Source: Alphaproteobacteria bacterium
GTDB lineage: Bacteria > Pseudomonadota > Alphaproteobacteria > Bin95
DNA length: 64,000 nt
Assembly (NCBI GenBank): GCA_964291285.2
Contig: OZ219786.1
Location: forward strand, 416,001 to 480,000
Reading direction: 5' to 3'
The notes under the pieces are model-generated. The model did no database searches. It saw nothing but the letters and a program-made list of their open reading frames with translations, and had not been told where the DNA came from. Below are positions 43,517 to 55,004 of this stretch, one piece after another; positions within the stretch are counted from its first letter, which is position 1; each line of letters opens with the position of its first letter. A program made the position numbers and the translations under genes.

Positions 43517-44194
43517 ATGCATGACCGATCGCAGTCCGCTGCGCTTCCAGCGCCCCGCATCCTCGCCTTCGTGAGCCAGAAGGGCGGGGCCGGGAAGACG
43601 ACGCTGGCGCTCAACGTCGCGGCCCATGCCGTCCGGGCCGGCCGCCGGGTCACCGTCCTCGACTGCGACCCCAACTGCTCGGCCGTCGTGTGGGGCGATC
43701 TCCGCACCGACCCGGCGCCCGAGATCCGCTATTGCCCGTATCTCCGCCTCGACCGGGAGATCGGGCGGGCCCTGGCGAAGGGCTCCGACCTGATCCTGAT
43801 CGACACCCCGATGGGGGCCGATGGCGGTCCTGTGGCCGGCGCGCGGCATGCGGACCTCGTGGTCGTGCCCTGCCGGCAGTCGCTGTTCGACCTCGCCGCG
43901 ATCCGCGCGAGCCTCGATGTCGCCGCGCTGGCCGGGACGCCGGCCGTCGCGGTGCTGAACGCGGTTCCGACACGGGCCGCGCACTGGGAGACCGAGGCCA
44001 GGGACCTGCTCTCCCGACAGGGGGTGCAGATGCTGTCTGCCGCGGTGCGCAACCGCGTCGCCTTCGTGCGGTCCACCCGGGCCGGGCTGGGCGTGGTGGA
44101 GTGCGATCCGCACGGGGCGGCGGCGGCCGAGATCGGCGCGGCGGCAGACGCGCTGCTGGCCTGGCCGGTGCGCGCGCTGAGGGCAGTCGCATGA
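43517..44194 (+). CDS. parA: ParA-family ATPase
   Basis: QKGGAGKTT, LDCDP, IDTP. Confidence 0.92.
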   Translation: MHDRSQSAALPAPRILAFVSQKGGAGKTTLALNVAAHAVRAGRRVTVLDCDPNCSAVVWGDLRTDPAPEIRYCPYLRLDREIGRALAKGSDLILIDTPMGADGGPVAGARHADLVVVPCRQSLFDLAAIRASLDVAALAGTPAVAVLNAVPTRAAHWETEARDLLSRQGVQMLSAAVRNRVAFVRSTRAGLGVVECDPHGAAAAEIGAAADALLAWPVRALRAVA

Positions 44195-45264
44195 GCCGGG
44201 CCCCGAAGAACGGCGGCGGGGCGTTCATCGAGCGCATCGAGGACTGGCGCCGCCGCAATCCCGCCGCAGCGGCCGGAGCTTCCCGCCTCGATCCGTCGAC
44301 GGCGCGCCAGCGGAGCACCTGGCCGATCAGCCTCGACCAGATCCACATCGGCCCCCGTCTGCGCGAGGTGGACGATGAAGCGGTCGAACGCCTCGCGGAG
44401 TCGATGGACCGGATCGGGCTCCAGAACCCGATCCAGGTCCGCCACAATTTCGGCATCGACCCCGATACCGGCGAATACGAGCGCGGCCTGGACCGGGGAG
44501 GCTTCGCCCTCGTTGCCGGCGCCCACCGTATGGAGGCGGCCCGGCGTCTCGGATGGGGCCGGATCGAAGCCCTCGTGCTCGACGATCCGAGCCCGGAGGT
44601 TCTCGCCCTGGTGGAGGTCGACGAGAACCTGATCCGATCGGAACTCACGCCGCTGCACCGCGGCCGCTTCGCCGCAAGACGCAAGGAGCTTCATAGAAGA
44701 CTGCACCCTGGCGCTGACAGAGGCGGTGACCATAAGAGCCTGGAATATCAGAATAAAATCAAAGTCCGATTATCAGACTTCGATAATTCCCCCGAGCGCG
44801 GGTTTCTTGAGGACACAGCCGAAGCGACCGGTCTGGCAAGAAGCACGATCGCGAGAGCGGTCCGCATAGGAGAGGGCATCTTGCCCGAACTGCAGGACGA
44901 GCTGGAAGGCACCCCGATCGCGCGCCGGGAAGGGGACCTCTACCGGATCGCGGGCCTTTCGGAAGGCCGGCAGCGTCACGCCCTTGAGCGCCTTCGGGAA
45001 GCCGGTGAGCCTCCCGAAACCCTCGCCGCGCTGCTGCAGAAGACGGACGCGCCGCCTGCGCCCCCGAAGGAGCCGACGCGCACGCAGCAGTTCGGCCGCC
45101 TGGAAAGCGCCTGGTCGCAGATCGCGCCGCACGACCGGGTCACGGCGCTCCACCGCCTCTGCCTGCTGGTCGACCGACGGCAGCGCGACGAGCTCGCCGA
45201 GGCCCTGCGCGGGCTGCTGATCGCGGACAGGAGTCACGCGGCCTGCCCCGAGGCCGGGCGATGA
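44191..45264 (+). CDS. parB: ParB N-terminal domain protein with HTH
   Basis: LAESMDRIGLQNPI, VAGAHRMEA, ENLIRSEL, TAEATGLARSTIARAV. Confidence 0.85.
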   Translation: MSRAPKNGGGAFIERIEDWRRRNPAAAAGASRLDPSTARQRSTWPISLDQIHIGPRLREVDDEAVERLAESMDRIGLQNPIQVRHNFGIDPDTGEYERGLDRGGFALVAGAHRMEAARRLGWGRIEALVLDDPSPEVLALVEVDENLIRSELTPLHRGRFAARRKELHRRLHPGADRGGDHKSLEYQNKIKVRLSDFDNSPERGFLEDTAEATGLARSTIARAVRIGEGILPELQDELEGTPIARREGDLYRIAGLSEGRQRHALERLREAGEPPETLAALLQKTDAPPAPPKEPTRTQQFGRLESAWSQIAPHDRVTALHRLCLLVDRRQRDELAEALRGLLIADRSHAACPEAGR

Positions 45265-45533
45265 GCGACCTGGCCGAAACCGTGCGCCGCATTGCGCGGC
45301 GCGAACGCCGGCCGGCCTCCGGAGCGGAGCAGAGGCATTACCTGGAGAGGATTGCCGTCGATCCCCGAAGCCGGTGGCTGGCCGTCAGGAAGATTCCGGA
45401 GGCGCCCCGGTTCATGGTTGTACTCCGCCTGCACGGCGCCTTCGGCCAGCCAACGGAAGCCGGCCCGGCAGGAGGCCGGCGGTGCAGGCGCCCGGCAAAG
45501 ACCGCCGGCGAGCCGCGAGGGGAACCGACATGA
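45261..45533 (+). CDS. Hypothetical protein
   Basis: ATGA overlaps with both neighbours. Confidence 0.45.
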   Translation: MSDLAETVRRIARRERRPASGAEQRHYLERIAVDPRSRWLAVRKIPEAPRFMVVLRLHGAFGQPTEAGPAGGRRCRRPAKTAGEPRGEPT

Positions 45534-46042
45534 AGAAGATGCGGACGAGACCGGGGGCGGGCCGGTCGAAAGGTGGCCACCGCACTGTCTGCGCCACCGG
45601 CGAGGACTGGGAAATGGTCCGGGACGGCGCGCGCCGCGCCGGCATGTCGGTATCGGCCTGGTGGTTCGAATGCGCGCTGAACGTGGACCTGTCGGCGAAG
45701 GGCGGCAAGGCGCGGGCGCCGGTCCTGGACGCCGGGCGGCAACACAGCCTCGCGGATGGCGTGTCGGCACTGGCGCGCGGTCTCGATGCTGCCGACGAGG
45801 AGGCGCTGGCGCAGTACCGGGACGACATCCGCGCGATGCTGGAGGAACCGCTCAGGGCGATGGTCCGCCAGGGCAAGCGCGAAAGGGCGATGGAACTGCT
45901 GCGGGAAGTATTCGGCGAGGAGCGTGCGGCGGCGATCGCGGCCGCATTCATACCCGAAACCCTGACAATGGCGGACAAGCCCGCCGAGTGCCCCGCAAGG
46001 ACCGCGGACGCCGGCCGCCCCGGGTTCGGAGAGGACGCATGA
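45530..46042 (+). CDS. RHH/MobC-like protein
   Basis: RTVCATGEDWEMVRDGARRAGMSVSAW. Confidence 0.7.
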   Translation: MKKMRTRPGAGRSKGGHRTVCATGEDWEMVRDGARRAGMSVSAWWFECALNVDLSAKGGKARAPVLDAGRQHSLADGVSALARGLDAADEEALAQYRDDIRAMLEEPLRAMVRQGKRERAMELLREVFGEERAAAIAAAFIPETLTMADKPAECPARTADAGRPGFGEDA

Positions 46043-46533
46043 AGAAACCGCACAACCGCCAGCCCGGCATGAACCGCACGGTCTCCATGACCGGGGAGGA
46101 ATGGGCGCAGATCAAGGCCTGGGCCGCCGAACGGGGCATGTCGGCCGCCCGGTTCCTTCGGGAATGCGCGCTGACCGTGGACCCGTTTGCGGAGACGGCT
46201 TCTGCCCGGCCGCTGGTGCTGGATGCGGGGGAGCAGCGCGGCCTCTCCCTTGCCCTGGCGTCTGCCGCCCGCGACATGGGTTCCGGCGCGGAAGCGCCGT
46301 CGGACCTCGCTGACAGCATGCGCGCCCTGCTGGAGGCAAGGCTCAGGGCGATGGTCCGGGAGGGCAAGCGCGAGCGGGCGGTCGACCTCCTTCGGGAGGT
46401 GCTCGGAGAAGAGCGCGGGGCAGTGGTCGCGGCCGCGTTGATCCCCGAAACCCCGGCAATGGCGGATATGCCGGCCGCGAGCTCCGCCGGAACCGCGGGC
46501 GCCGGAGGCCCCGACCCGGAGAAGCCGGCATGA
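46039..46533 (+). CDS. RHH/MobC-like protein
   Basis: RTVSMTGEEWAQIKAWAAERGMSAARFL. Confidence 0.7.
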   Translation: MKKPHNRQPGMNRTVSMTGEEWAQIKAWAAERGMSAARFLRECALTVDPFAETASARPLVLDAGEQRGLSLALASAARDMGSGAEAPSDLADSMRALLEARLRAMVREGKRERAVDLLREVLGEERGAVVAAALIPETPAMADMPAASSAGTAGAGGPDPEKPA

Positions 46534-46698
46534 CCCGGTATGCCACGCCGTCCAGGGAGCCCCCGCCGGACCTGCTCGTGCTCATCGACGCAGTCGCCTT
46601 TACCGCCTACCCGGCTCTCGTCGCCATGTTTATCGTCACGGTCCTGACGGCCGCGCTCATCCGCCGGAGCCGCCAGCCTCGAACCCGGTCGTGGCCCC

Positions 46699-47991
<1,293 letters not shown>

Positions 47992-48335
47992 GGTCCTGAA
48001 TGACCCGGCTCTGGCTCCTGCTGCCGCCCCCCACTGACCCAAGGAGGCCTGTCCCACATGATCATACTGCCGGAGGACCCCCGATGCCCGAACTGCGACG
48101 CGCAGACCTGGAGCCGGATCGAGCCCCGGGCCAGGGAATACCAGGGCTGTGGATACATCCAGCGGCTCCTGACCGACAGGGAGCACTGGCTGCGCGAGCA
48201 GGCCGAAATCGACGCCGGGATCGCAAGCGGCGCCTGACCGGAACCTCGATCGACCGGAGACAATGATGACCGACACCCGTATCCCGTTACCCGCAACGTC
48301 CGGGCCCGGGCACGCGGGCGAGGGGTAGGCGATCG

Positions 48336-48614
48336 ATGTCCAGGATCGTTTTCGGGCGCGTCTTCACGCAGCCGGACGCATTCCATTCGGCCAGCGATCG
48401 CCGGACCGTTGCCGTCGCGCATGAATGGCACAGTGCCGCGAAGGGCCGGCGTCGCGACGTTCTGGGCGAGCTCGTGAAGATCGGCCGCGGTTCCGCTGTC
48501 TGGGAGCCCTGCAAGGTGCTGCGCGCCCATCTCCCGAAAGGCGCGAAGGACATGTATCGCGCCGATCTCCGCGCCGCGAAGGCGCGCATCAGGGAGCTGC
48601 TGACGAATGGCTGA
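48336..48614 (+). CDS. Hypothetical protein
   Basis: Co-oriented 92-aa ORF with coding-like codon usage. Confidence 0.45.
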   Translation: MSRIVFGRVFTQPDAFHSASDRRTVAVAHEWHSAAKGRRRDVLGELVKIGRGSAVWEPCKVLRAHLPKGAKDMYRADLRAAKARIRELLTNG

Positions 48615-48681
48615 CAAACGACAGGCCCTATCCGAACGCGCTCGTCAAAGCGCGGCGCCTCTCCAGGAGTTAACCACCCCG

Positions 48682-49389
48682 ATGCCATGCCTTTTCCGAC
48701 GCCTCGCCTCCGTTCTCGCCGCAGCCGCGCTGCTTGCCTTCGCCCTGCCGGCTGAAGCCGAAACCCTCACCGGCAAGGCCCGGGTCGTGGACGGCGACAC
48801 GCTTGCCGTGCAGGGCCGGCGTGTGCGCCTTCACGGGATCGACGCGCCGGAGGCCCGCCAGACCTGCTCGCGCGGCGGGCGCCGATGGGCCTGCGGGCGG
48901 GCGGCGACGCGGGCGATGCGCAGGCTCGTCGGGCGGAACCCGGTCCGCTGCGAGGTCCGGGACCGCGACCGCTACGGGCGCGCGGTCGCGGCCTGCTTCG
49001 CGGCCGGGCGGGACGTGCAGCAGGACCTCGTGCGCCAGGGCCTGGCGCTGGCATACCGGCGCTGGTCGATGCGGTATGTCCCGGACGAGGACGCGGCCCG
49101 CGCCGGGCGGCTCGGCCTGTGGTCCGGCGACTTCACCACGCCCTGGCGCTGGCGCAGGCAGGACCGGAACCGCCGGGCGGAGATACACCGGCGGCACGGG
49201 GCCGGCCCTCCCCCGCAGACGGGTTCCTCCTGCCTCATCAAGGGCAACATCTCGCGGCACGGGCGCATCTACCATGTGCCCGGGGCCGAGCATTACGACC
49301 GGACCCGCATAAACACCTCGAAGGGCGAGCGCTGGTTCTGCAGCGAGGCGGACGCCCGGGCCGCCGGATGGCGCCGGGCGCGGCGATGA
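48682..49389 (+). CDS. Secreted thermonuclease (SNase) family protein
   Basis: Signal peptide; VVDGDT, RLHGIDAPE, DRYGR; C-terminal IKGNIS...YH...ERWFCSE. Confidence 0.9.
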   Translation: MPCLFRRLASVLAAAALLAFALPAEAETLTGKARVVDGDTLAVQGRRVRLHGIDAPEARQTCSRGGRRWACGRAATRAMRRLVGRNPVRCEVRDRDRYGRAVAACFAAGRDVQQDLVRQGLALAYRRWSMRYVPDEDAARAGRLGLWSGDFTTPWRWRRQDRNRRAEIHRRHGAGPPPQTGSSCLIKGNISRHGRIYHVPGAEHYDRTRINTSKGERWFCSEADARAAGWRRARR

Positions 49390-49493
49390 CGGCGACCGGC
49401 CGGTTGTCCGCCGGGAGCGGAAGCCGTCCCGGTTGCGGCGGCGGGGCGCCCGTTGCCAGAGTGTGCGGCCATCCGACACCCGAAGGACCGGCC

Positions 49494-51077
49494 ATGAACG
49501 GACCGTCCGGCGCCATCGCGCGCTTCGCGATCTATGCGCGCTACTCCTCGCCCCTGCAGGAGATGACCTCGATCGCGGGCCAGCTGCGCCTGTGCCGCGA
49601 CCGCGTCGCCGCACTTGGCGGCGTGATCGCGGGGGAATACACCGATCCGGAACTCACCGGCGCGGCCATGCAGCTGCGCCCGGGGCTTCGCCGTCTGCTC
49701 GACGACGCCCGGGCGCGCCGGTTCGACGGCGTCTGCGTCGAGGGTCTGGACCGGCTCGCCAGGAGCACCGCCGACATGGCGTGGCTCTACCGCGAACTGC
49801 GGTTTCTGGGGATCAATCTGTACAGCCTGGAGGACGGTCGGGTCGACTCCCTCCATGCGCACATCAAGGGGGTTGTGAGCGAGATGGTCATCGACAATAT
49901 CGGCGCCAAGACGCGCCGGGGGCAGATCGAAGCCCTCCACGACCTGCGAATGATCGGCTCCTGCATATACGGCTACAGGATAGCCAACTACATCTCCGAG
50001 AGCGGCAAGCCCGTCCGGGGCCAGCGCACGATCGACCCCGACGAGGCCGGGACGGTCCGGCGCATCTACCGGCTCTATCTCGACGGCATGAGCCCGCAGC
50101 AGATTGCCGTGCTGCTCAACCGGGAAGGCGTGGCCGGGCCCGGCGGCAAGCCCTGGACCGCTGGCGCCGTGCGCGGCCGGGAAGGAAGCGGCGTGCTGCG
50201 CAACGACATATACTGCGGGCGGCTTGTCTACGGGCGCACCCGCAGCCGGCGTCACCCGGGCACCGGGCGGCGCCATTTCGTTGCCGTCCCCCGCGAGGAA
50301 TGGACCGTCGTGGAAGCCCCCGAACTGCGAATCGTGGACGACACGGCCTGGCAGGCCGTCCAGGACGAGGTCGGGCGCCGCAGGAACCGCCACCACACCG
50401 TGGTGACCCGCTACCGCAAGGCGGCCTATCCGCTGACGGCGCGGGTCCGCTGCGGCGTTTGCGGCGAGCGCATGACGATCGCCGGGATGGGCTACTACCG
50501 CTGCCTCGCCCGCCGGCGCGACCCGGACAGCTGCACCAACAACCGCGGGATCCGGCTGGACATGCTGGAAGACCTTGGCGTGCGGCGGCTCTTCGCCTGG
50601 ATGCTGTCGCGCGAGCGCGACTGGCGCGGCCTGTTCGCCGCCGCCGAACGCGGGACCGCGGTCCGGCGCGAGGAACTCCGGGAGAGGGCCGGGGCCGCCG
50701 GCGCCGGGATCTCCCGCCTGGTTGCCGCGATCGAGAGCGGCATCCCCTCGACGGGCATCGGCGAGCGCCTGCTGGCCCTCGAGCGCGCGCGCAACGAGGC
50801 GCTTGCCGAACTGGAGCGGCTGCCGGGACCGCCGCCGCCCGCGGGCTTCAGCGTGGAGAAGTTCATGCGCGACCGGGTCGCCGGGCTCCGGCGCGCCGTC
50901 GCGGGCGGCGCGCGGGCCGGGCGGCGCGAGCAGGCCCTGCTCGCCATCCGGGACCTGGTCGCCCGGATCGAGGTCCGCCCGTCAAAGGGCCGCGGACGCG
51001 TCGAGGTGGAGACGGTTCCCGACATTGCGGCGATCCTCGAGCTGATCTCGCGCCATGCCGCAGACGAGGGCGCATGA
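49494..51077 (+). CDS. Large serine recombinase
   Basis: IYARYSS, RPGL, LDRLAR, YGY, recombinase domain, CGVCG...YYRC...C zinc ribbon, coiled coil. Confidence 0.92.
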   Translation: MNGPSGAIARFAIYARYSSPLQEMTSIAGQLRLCRDRVAALGGVIAGEYTDPELTGAAMQLRPGLRRLLDDARARRFDGVCVEGLDRLARSTADMAWLYRELRFLGINLYSLEDGRVDSLHAHIKGVVSEMVIDNIGAKTRRGQIEALHDLRMIGSCIYGYRIANYISESGKPVRGQRTIDPDEAGTVRRIYRLYLDGMSPQQIAVLLNREGVAGPGGKPWTAGAVRGREGSGVLRNDIYCGRLVYGRTRSRRHPGTGRRHFVAVPREEWTVVEAPELRIVDDTAWQAVQDEVGRRRNRHHTVVTRYRKAAYPLTARVRCGVCGERMTIAGMGYYRCLARRRDPDSCTNNRGIRLDMLEDLGVRRLFAWMLSRERDWRGLFAAAERGTAVRREELRERAGAAGAGISRLVAAIESGIPSTGIGERLLALERARNEALAELERLPGPPPPAGFSVEKFMRDRVAGLRRAVAGGARAGRREQALLAIRDLVARIEVRPSKGRGRVEVETVPDIAAILELISRHAADEGA

Positions 51078-51156
51078 ACGCCGCAGACAAGGAAAGCCCG
51101 GCCCCTGTGCCGGCCCCGACCGGCCGGCGTCTCAACTTCGCAGGAGGAACACGCGC

Positions 51157-51519
51157 ATGTCCAACGTCATCGACTTCGAGGGCTACTGCCGGGACTGGCA
51201 CGCCTGGGAGGATCCGGACGAGGACTTCCACGAGTACGACTACGAGCCGCTGCCCGATCCGGGCCCGGCTTTCGAGCCTCGCCCGCGGACCTGTGACCTC
51301 CAGAAGCTCTCCGAGTTGACCGCCAGGCTCGGGCGGGAGTCCGGCTTCAACCTCGGCATCGACGAGACCGCGCTCGAGGCGGCGTTCCATTTCGCGAAGG
51401 AGCAGGCCGGGCGCATGGAAATCCCGCTGTTGGCCGCGCTCGAGATCGCGGCCTGGGCGGTGCTCAACTACGAGCGCGGGCGCCGCGATCCGGAACTCTG
51501 CAGGATCCGTCCGTTCTGA
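51157..51519 (+). CDS. Hypothetical protein with acidic N-terminus
   Basis: RBS AGGAGG; WEDPDEDFHEYDYE. Confidence 0.6.
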   Translation: MSNVIDFEGYCRDWHAWEDPDEDFHEYDYEPLPDPGPAFEPRPRTCDLQKLSELTARLGRESGFNLGIDETALEAAFHFAKEQAGRMEIPLLAALEIAAWAVLNYERGRRDPELCRIRPF

Positions 51520-51583
51520 GCGCCGCGCGCAAGGCCGTCCCGGCGACAGCGCCGGGACGGCCGGGGAAAGGGGAGGCCGCGCC

Positions 51584-52600
51584 TTGCCCTCCGATCCGAC
51601 AACCCACAGCCTGAAGGAACTGTCCGCCCTGCTCGCGGCCGATATCGAGGCGGTCTGCCGCCACTACCTTCCGAACGGCAGGCGCAACGGCAACTTCTGG
51701 CAGGTGGGCAGCACGGCCGGCGAGGAGGGCGCCTCGCTGCGGGTGAACCTCGCCGGACGCTGGCGCGGCTACTGGAGGGACTGGGCGAGCCCGAAGGACC
51801 GGGGCAGCCCGCTGGACCTGATCCGCGCCGTCCGCAGCCTCGCCACGATCGGCGAGGCGGCCGACGAGGCGCGCCGCTTCCTCGCCCTGCCGGAGTATGA
51901 GCGCCCCCGCCGGCAGGACGGCGCGCCGCCGGAGAGGCAGAGGGGACTCGAACGGGTTCTCGAGGGCGCGGCGCCGGTCCGGCCCGACGATCCGGCCGGG
52001 CGCTATCTGGCCTCCCGCGGCCTGGCCCCGGAGGCCGCCCATGCCGCAGGCCTCCGGTTCCGCCCCGATGTCTGGGTGCAGGTGGACGGCGGGAAGCGCG
52101 AGCTGCCGGCCCTGCTCGCGCCGGTCCGCGCCCTTGACGGCACGCTGGAGGGCCTGCAGCGAATATTCCTGACCGGCGAGGGGCGCAAGGCCCCGATCGA
52201 GGGGCCGAAGCGCACCAGCGGGCGCCTATCTACGGGCGCCGTCTGGTGGCCGGCGGACGACGCGCGCCGCCTGGTGCTGACCGAGGGCGTCGAGGACGCG
52301 CTCGCCATGGCGGGGGCGCTCGGCGCGGGCGGGCGCCGGGATATCGCCGTTGCCGCCGCGCTCTCCGCCGGGCGCGTCCACCGCGTCGGCCTGCCCGCGG
52401 GCGTCCGGCGCGCGACCCTCGTCCAGGACCGCGACCCGGCGGGCGAGAGCGCCTGGGTCGCGCTCTGCCGGGAGCATGCCGGTTCCGCCATGCTGCTCGA
52501 CCGGATCGTCCCCCGCGCGAAGGACGCCAATGACGAGCTGCTGGCGCTCGGGCCCGCCCGGTTCCGCGCCTGGCTCGCGGCCAGCGGACTGTTCGACTGA
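51584..52600 (+). CDS. Toprim-domain primase-like protein, copy 1
   Basis: YLPNG...WQVG, RYLASRGL, LQRIFL, TEGVEDAL, QDRD, KDAND. Confidence 0.85.
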   Translation: MPSDPTTHSLKELSALLAADIEAVCRHYLPNGRRNGNFWQVGSTAGEEGASLRVNLAGRWRGYWRDWASPKDRGSPLDLIRAVRSLATIGEAADEARRFLALPEYERPRRQDGAPPERQRGLERVLEGAAPVRPDDPAGRYLASRGLAPEAAHAAGLRFRPDVWVQVDGGKRELPALLAPVRALDGTLEGLQRIFLTGEGRKAPIEGPKRTSGRLSTGAVWWPADDARRLVLTEGVEDALAMAGALGAGGRRDIAVAAALSAGRVHRVGLPAGVRRATLVQDRDPAGESAWVALCREHAGSAMLLDRIVPRAKDANDELLALGPARFRAWLAASGLFD

Positions 52601-52769
52601 CAGGCGGGCGGCAGCGCCGCGGCCGCGAAGTCCGGAGCCTCCCCGCCGGCGCGTCGGTTCCCGGTCCGGCGCCGGAAGGTCGGGAAGGGGTTGGTCGGGG
52701 TATCGATGCGCGCGGCTTGCCTTCGGCGCGTTCCGATCCCATACTCCCCGACAGACAGGAGACGAGGCC

Positions 52770-53312
52770 ATGACCTCTCCCGATACCACCCCCCCGGCCC
52801 CGCAGCGCGGCATTTTCGTCGTTGGCGACGGCAGCTGGAAGGCGATCCTGCCCTCCGCCACCGTGCTGGGCGTCTTCCTGGCCTTTCTGGTCGGCATGCT
52901 GGCCTGGTTCGACATCCGGATCGACGGAGTCGAACGGCGGCTCACCGCTCAGATCGGCGGGGTGAAAACGGATCTGGTGAACCGGATCGATCAGGTCGAG
53001 ACTGGCCTCAACGCCCGGATCGACGGTGTCGAGAAGCGGATCGACCGGGTGGAAAAGCGCCTGACCGACCGGATCGACGAGGTGAAGGTGGAACTCGGCC
53101 GCCGGATTGACGGGGTGAAGTCGGACCTTGCGGCGGGCGAGGCGAAGCGCGAGGCAGCGGAGGCGCGGCAGTCGGCCGCCATGGAGCGCCTGACCTCCGG
53201 CATCGCCGAAAACCGCGCCAACCATCGCGAGCTTCTCGGCTTCGTTCGCGCCCGTTTCCCCGGGGCGCCGCAACCGGCGCCTGCCGCCCCGGAGCCCTCT
53301 CCGGCGCAGTAG
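52770..53312 (+). CDS. Membrane-anchored coiled-coil protein
   Basis: One TM helix followed by RIDxVE repeats. Confidence 0.75.
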   Translation: MTSPDTTPPAPQRGIFVVGDGSWKAILPSATVLGVFLAFLVGMLAWFDIRIDGVERRLTAQIGGVKTDLVNRIDQVETGLNARIDGVEKRIDRVEKRLTDRIDEVKVELGRRIDGVKSDLAAGEAKREAAEARQSAAMERLTSGIAENRANHRELLGFVRARFPGAPQPAPAAPEPSPAQ

Positions 53313-53621
53313 CCGGGTCTCCGCCGGCGCCGTTCCCGCCCCTCCCCGGCGACAGGCCGGGGAGGGTTTTTTCATGGCGGCCTGCCCGCGGCATCGATCC
53401 GCCATCGGGCTTTCCGCCGGCATCCCGGCTGCCATCTCCCGCAATCCGCCCCCGGCGTTCCGGGCCGTTGCGGCCTCCCCTGTGCGACCGGCTGCCGTTT
53501 CCCGGCGGGCGGCGTTGCCGGCCTGCCGTCCGAAAGGTCGGGAAGGGGTTTTCGGTGCGATTCCCGCGGGCGGCCGTCCGACCGGCTCCCGCGCCCGTTT
53601 CCCGAACAGGAGAAATCGCAC

Positions 53622-53933
53622 ATGAGCGCTGCCAATGCGTCCGTCCTTCGCCCCGATGCGAACACCTTCCTCACGCACGTCTTCGGCCGCGGCCTGCAGG
53701 ACAGGCACTATGTGGTCGAGCGCTACCGCACGACGATCGACGGCGAGATCCGCCGGCTGCCGGGCGGCAAGGGCCACCCGCTCACCCTGTCGCTGGCGAC
53801 CGTGCGCGCGCTGCGTCCGGCGCGCAACGAGATCCTGATCTGCAAGGGCGAGAAGACCGCCGGCTCCGGCATCCAGTACTGGGGCGACCTGGCGACCGGC
53901 CTCTTCGCCGAGGCCCGGCGCAAGCGGTCCTGA
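53622..53933 (+). CDS. Unknown protein family X, copy 3
   Basis: RBS CAGGAG; paralogue of 28596-28910. Confidence 0.8.
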   Translation: MSAANASVLRPDANTFLTHVFGRGLQDRHYVVERYRTTIDGEIRRLPGGKGHPLTLSLATVRALRPARNEILICKGEKTAGSGIQYWGDLATGLFAEARRKRS

Positions 53934-54014
53934 GCCGGTCCTTCGGGCGGCGCTCCTCCGGGGGCGCCGCGCGGCCCGCTCCCCTTCCATCGTTCCGTTC
54001 CACGGGGTATTGCC

Positions 54015-54230
54015 ATGACCTGCACCGCCCGCGCGCCGGACGATTGCGCCAGTCGGCCGGGCCTCGCCCCCCGCAAGCGCAATGCCCGCCTGGCTGCCGG
54101 CCTCTGCGGCAGTTGCGGCAACCGCGCGCCCGAAGAGGGCCGCACGTCCTGCCGTCCCTGTCTGGACATCCACAACGAAAAAGACCGGCGCCGGAGGCGG
54201 CGCCGCTCCCTCCTGCGACTGTGCCTGCTC
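54015..54230 (+). pseudogene. Truncated CxxC repeat gene (one unit) fused onto the ssb leader
   Basis: GLCGSCG...SCRPC...RRSLLRLCL matches the start of 55005, then switches to the leader repeat. Confidence 0.7.
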
Positions 54231-54335
54231 CTCCTTCCCGGCCTTCGGCGGCATCGACGCCGCAAAGGTCGGGAAGGGGCTTTTCGCGGTGAGTTGCAAC
54301 AGCTCGCAATCAACCTCCTGCAGGGAGCAAACGCC

Positions 54336-54749
54336 ATGAACGGCCTCAATCGCGTCGACCTGATCGGCAACCTGGGCGGCGACCCCGAGTTCCGCAGCCT
54401 GCCCGGCGGCGGCGACGTCGCCAATTTCTCCCTCGCCACCAACACGGTCTACAAGGACCGCCAGAGCGGCGAGTATGTCGAGCGGACCGAGTGGCACCGG
54501 ATCGCCGTCTACCAGGACGGCCTGGTGAAGATGCTGCGCAAGCACGCCGCCAAGGGCCGCCTGGCGCACATCACCGGGATGCTGCGCACCCGGAGCTGGC
54601 GCAAGGACGGCGAGGACAGCGACCGGTTCGCCACCGAGATCGTCGTCGGCCCGCGCGGCTGCATCAACTTCCTCGACAGGAAGCCGGACGGCGGCGGCAA
54701 CCGGCCGCCGGCGCCGCCCCCGGAAGCCTACGAGGACTTCTCCGCCTGA
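54336..54749 (+). CDS. ssb: Single-stranded DNA-binding protein lacking the DDIPF tail
   Basis: MNGLNRVDLIGNLGGDPE, TEWHRI. Confidence 0.93.
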   Translation: MNGLNRVDLIGNLGGDPEFRSLPGGGDVANFSLATNTVYKDRQSGEYVERTEWHRIAVYQDGLVKMLRKHAAKGRLAHITGMLRTRSWRKDGEDSDRFATEIVVGPRGCINFLDRKPDGGGNRPPAPPPEAYEDFSA

Positions 54750-55004
54750 TGGCGCGCCCTCCGCCCCGGAGCCTGCGGGTTCCGGGGCTTTTCCGTTTTC
54801 CCCTCGCATGCCGTCCCGGGGCGGGGAACCCGTCTGTCTTCGCCGGCGCCATTGCTCTCCGCCGGCCACCGCTCCCGCGGCGGCGCTCCTTGCAGCCCCA
54901 AGGTCGGGAAGGGGTTTGCAGCGTGAGTCCTGCGCCCGGCCGTCCGATCGGCTTCCCCCCGTTCGGCCCGGGCCGCGCCCGCTACCGACACGCCGGGAGC
55001 CGCG

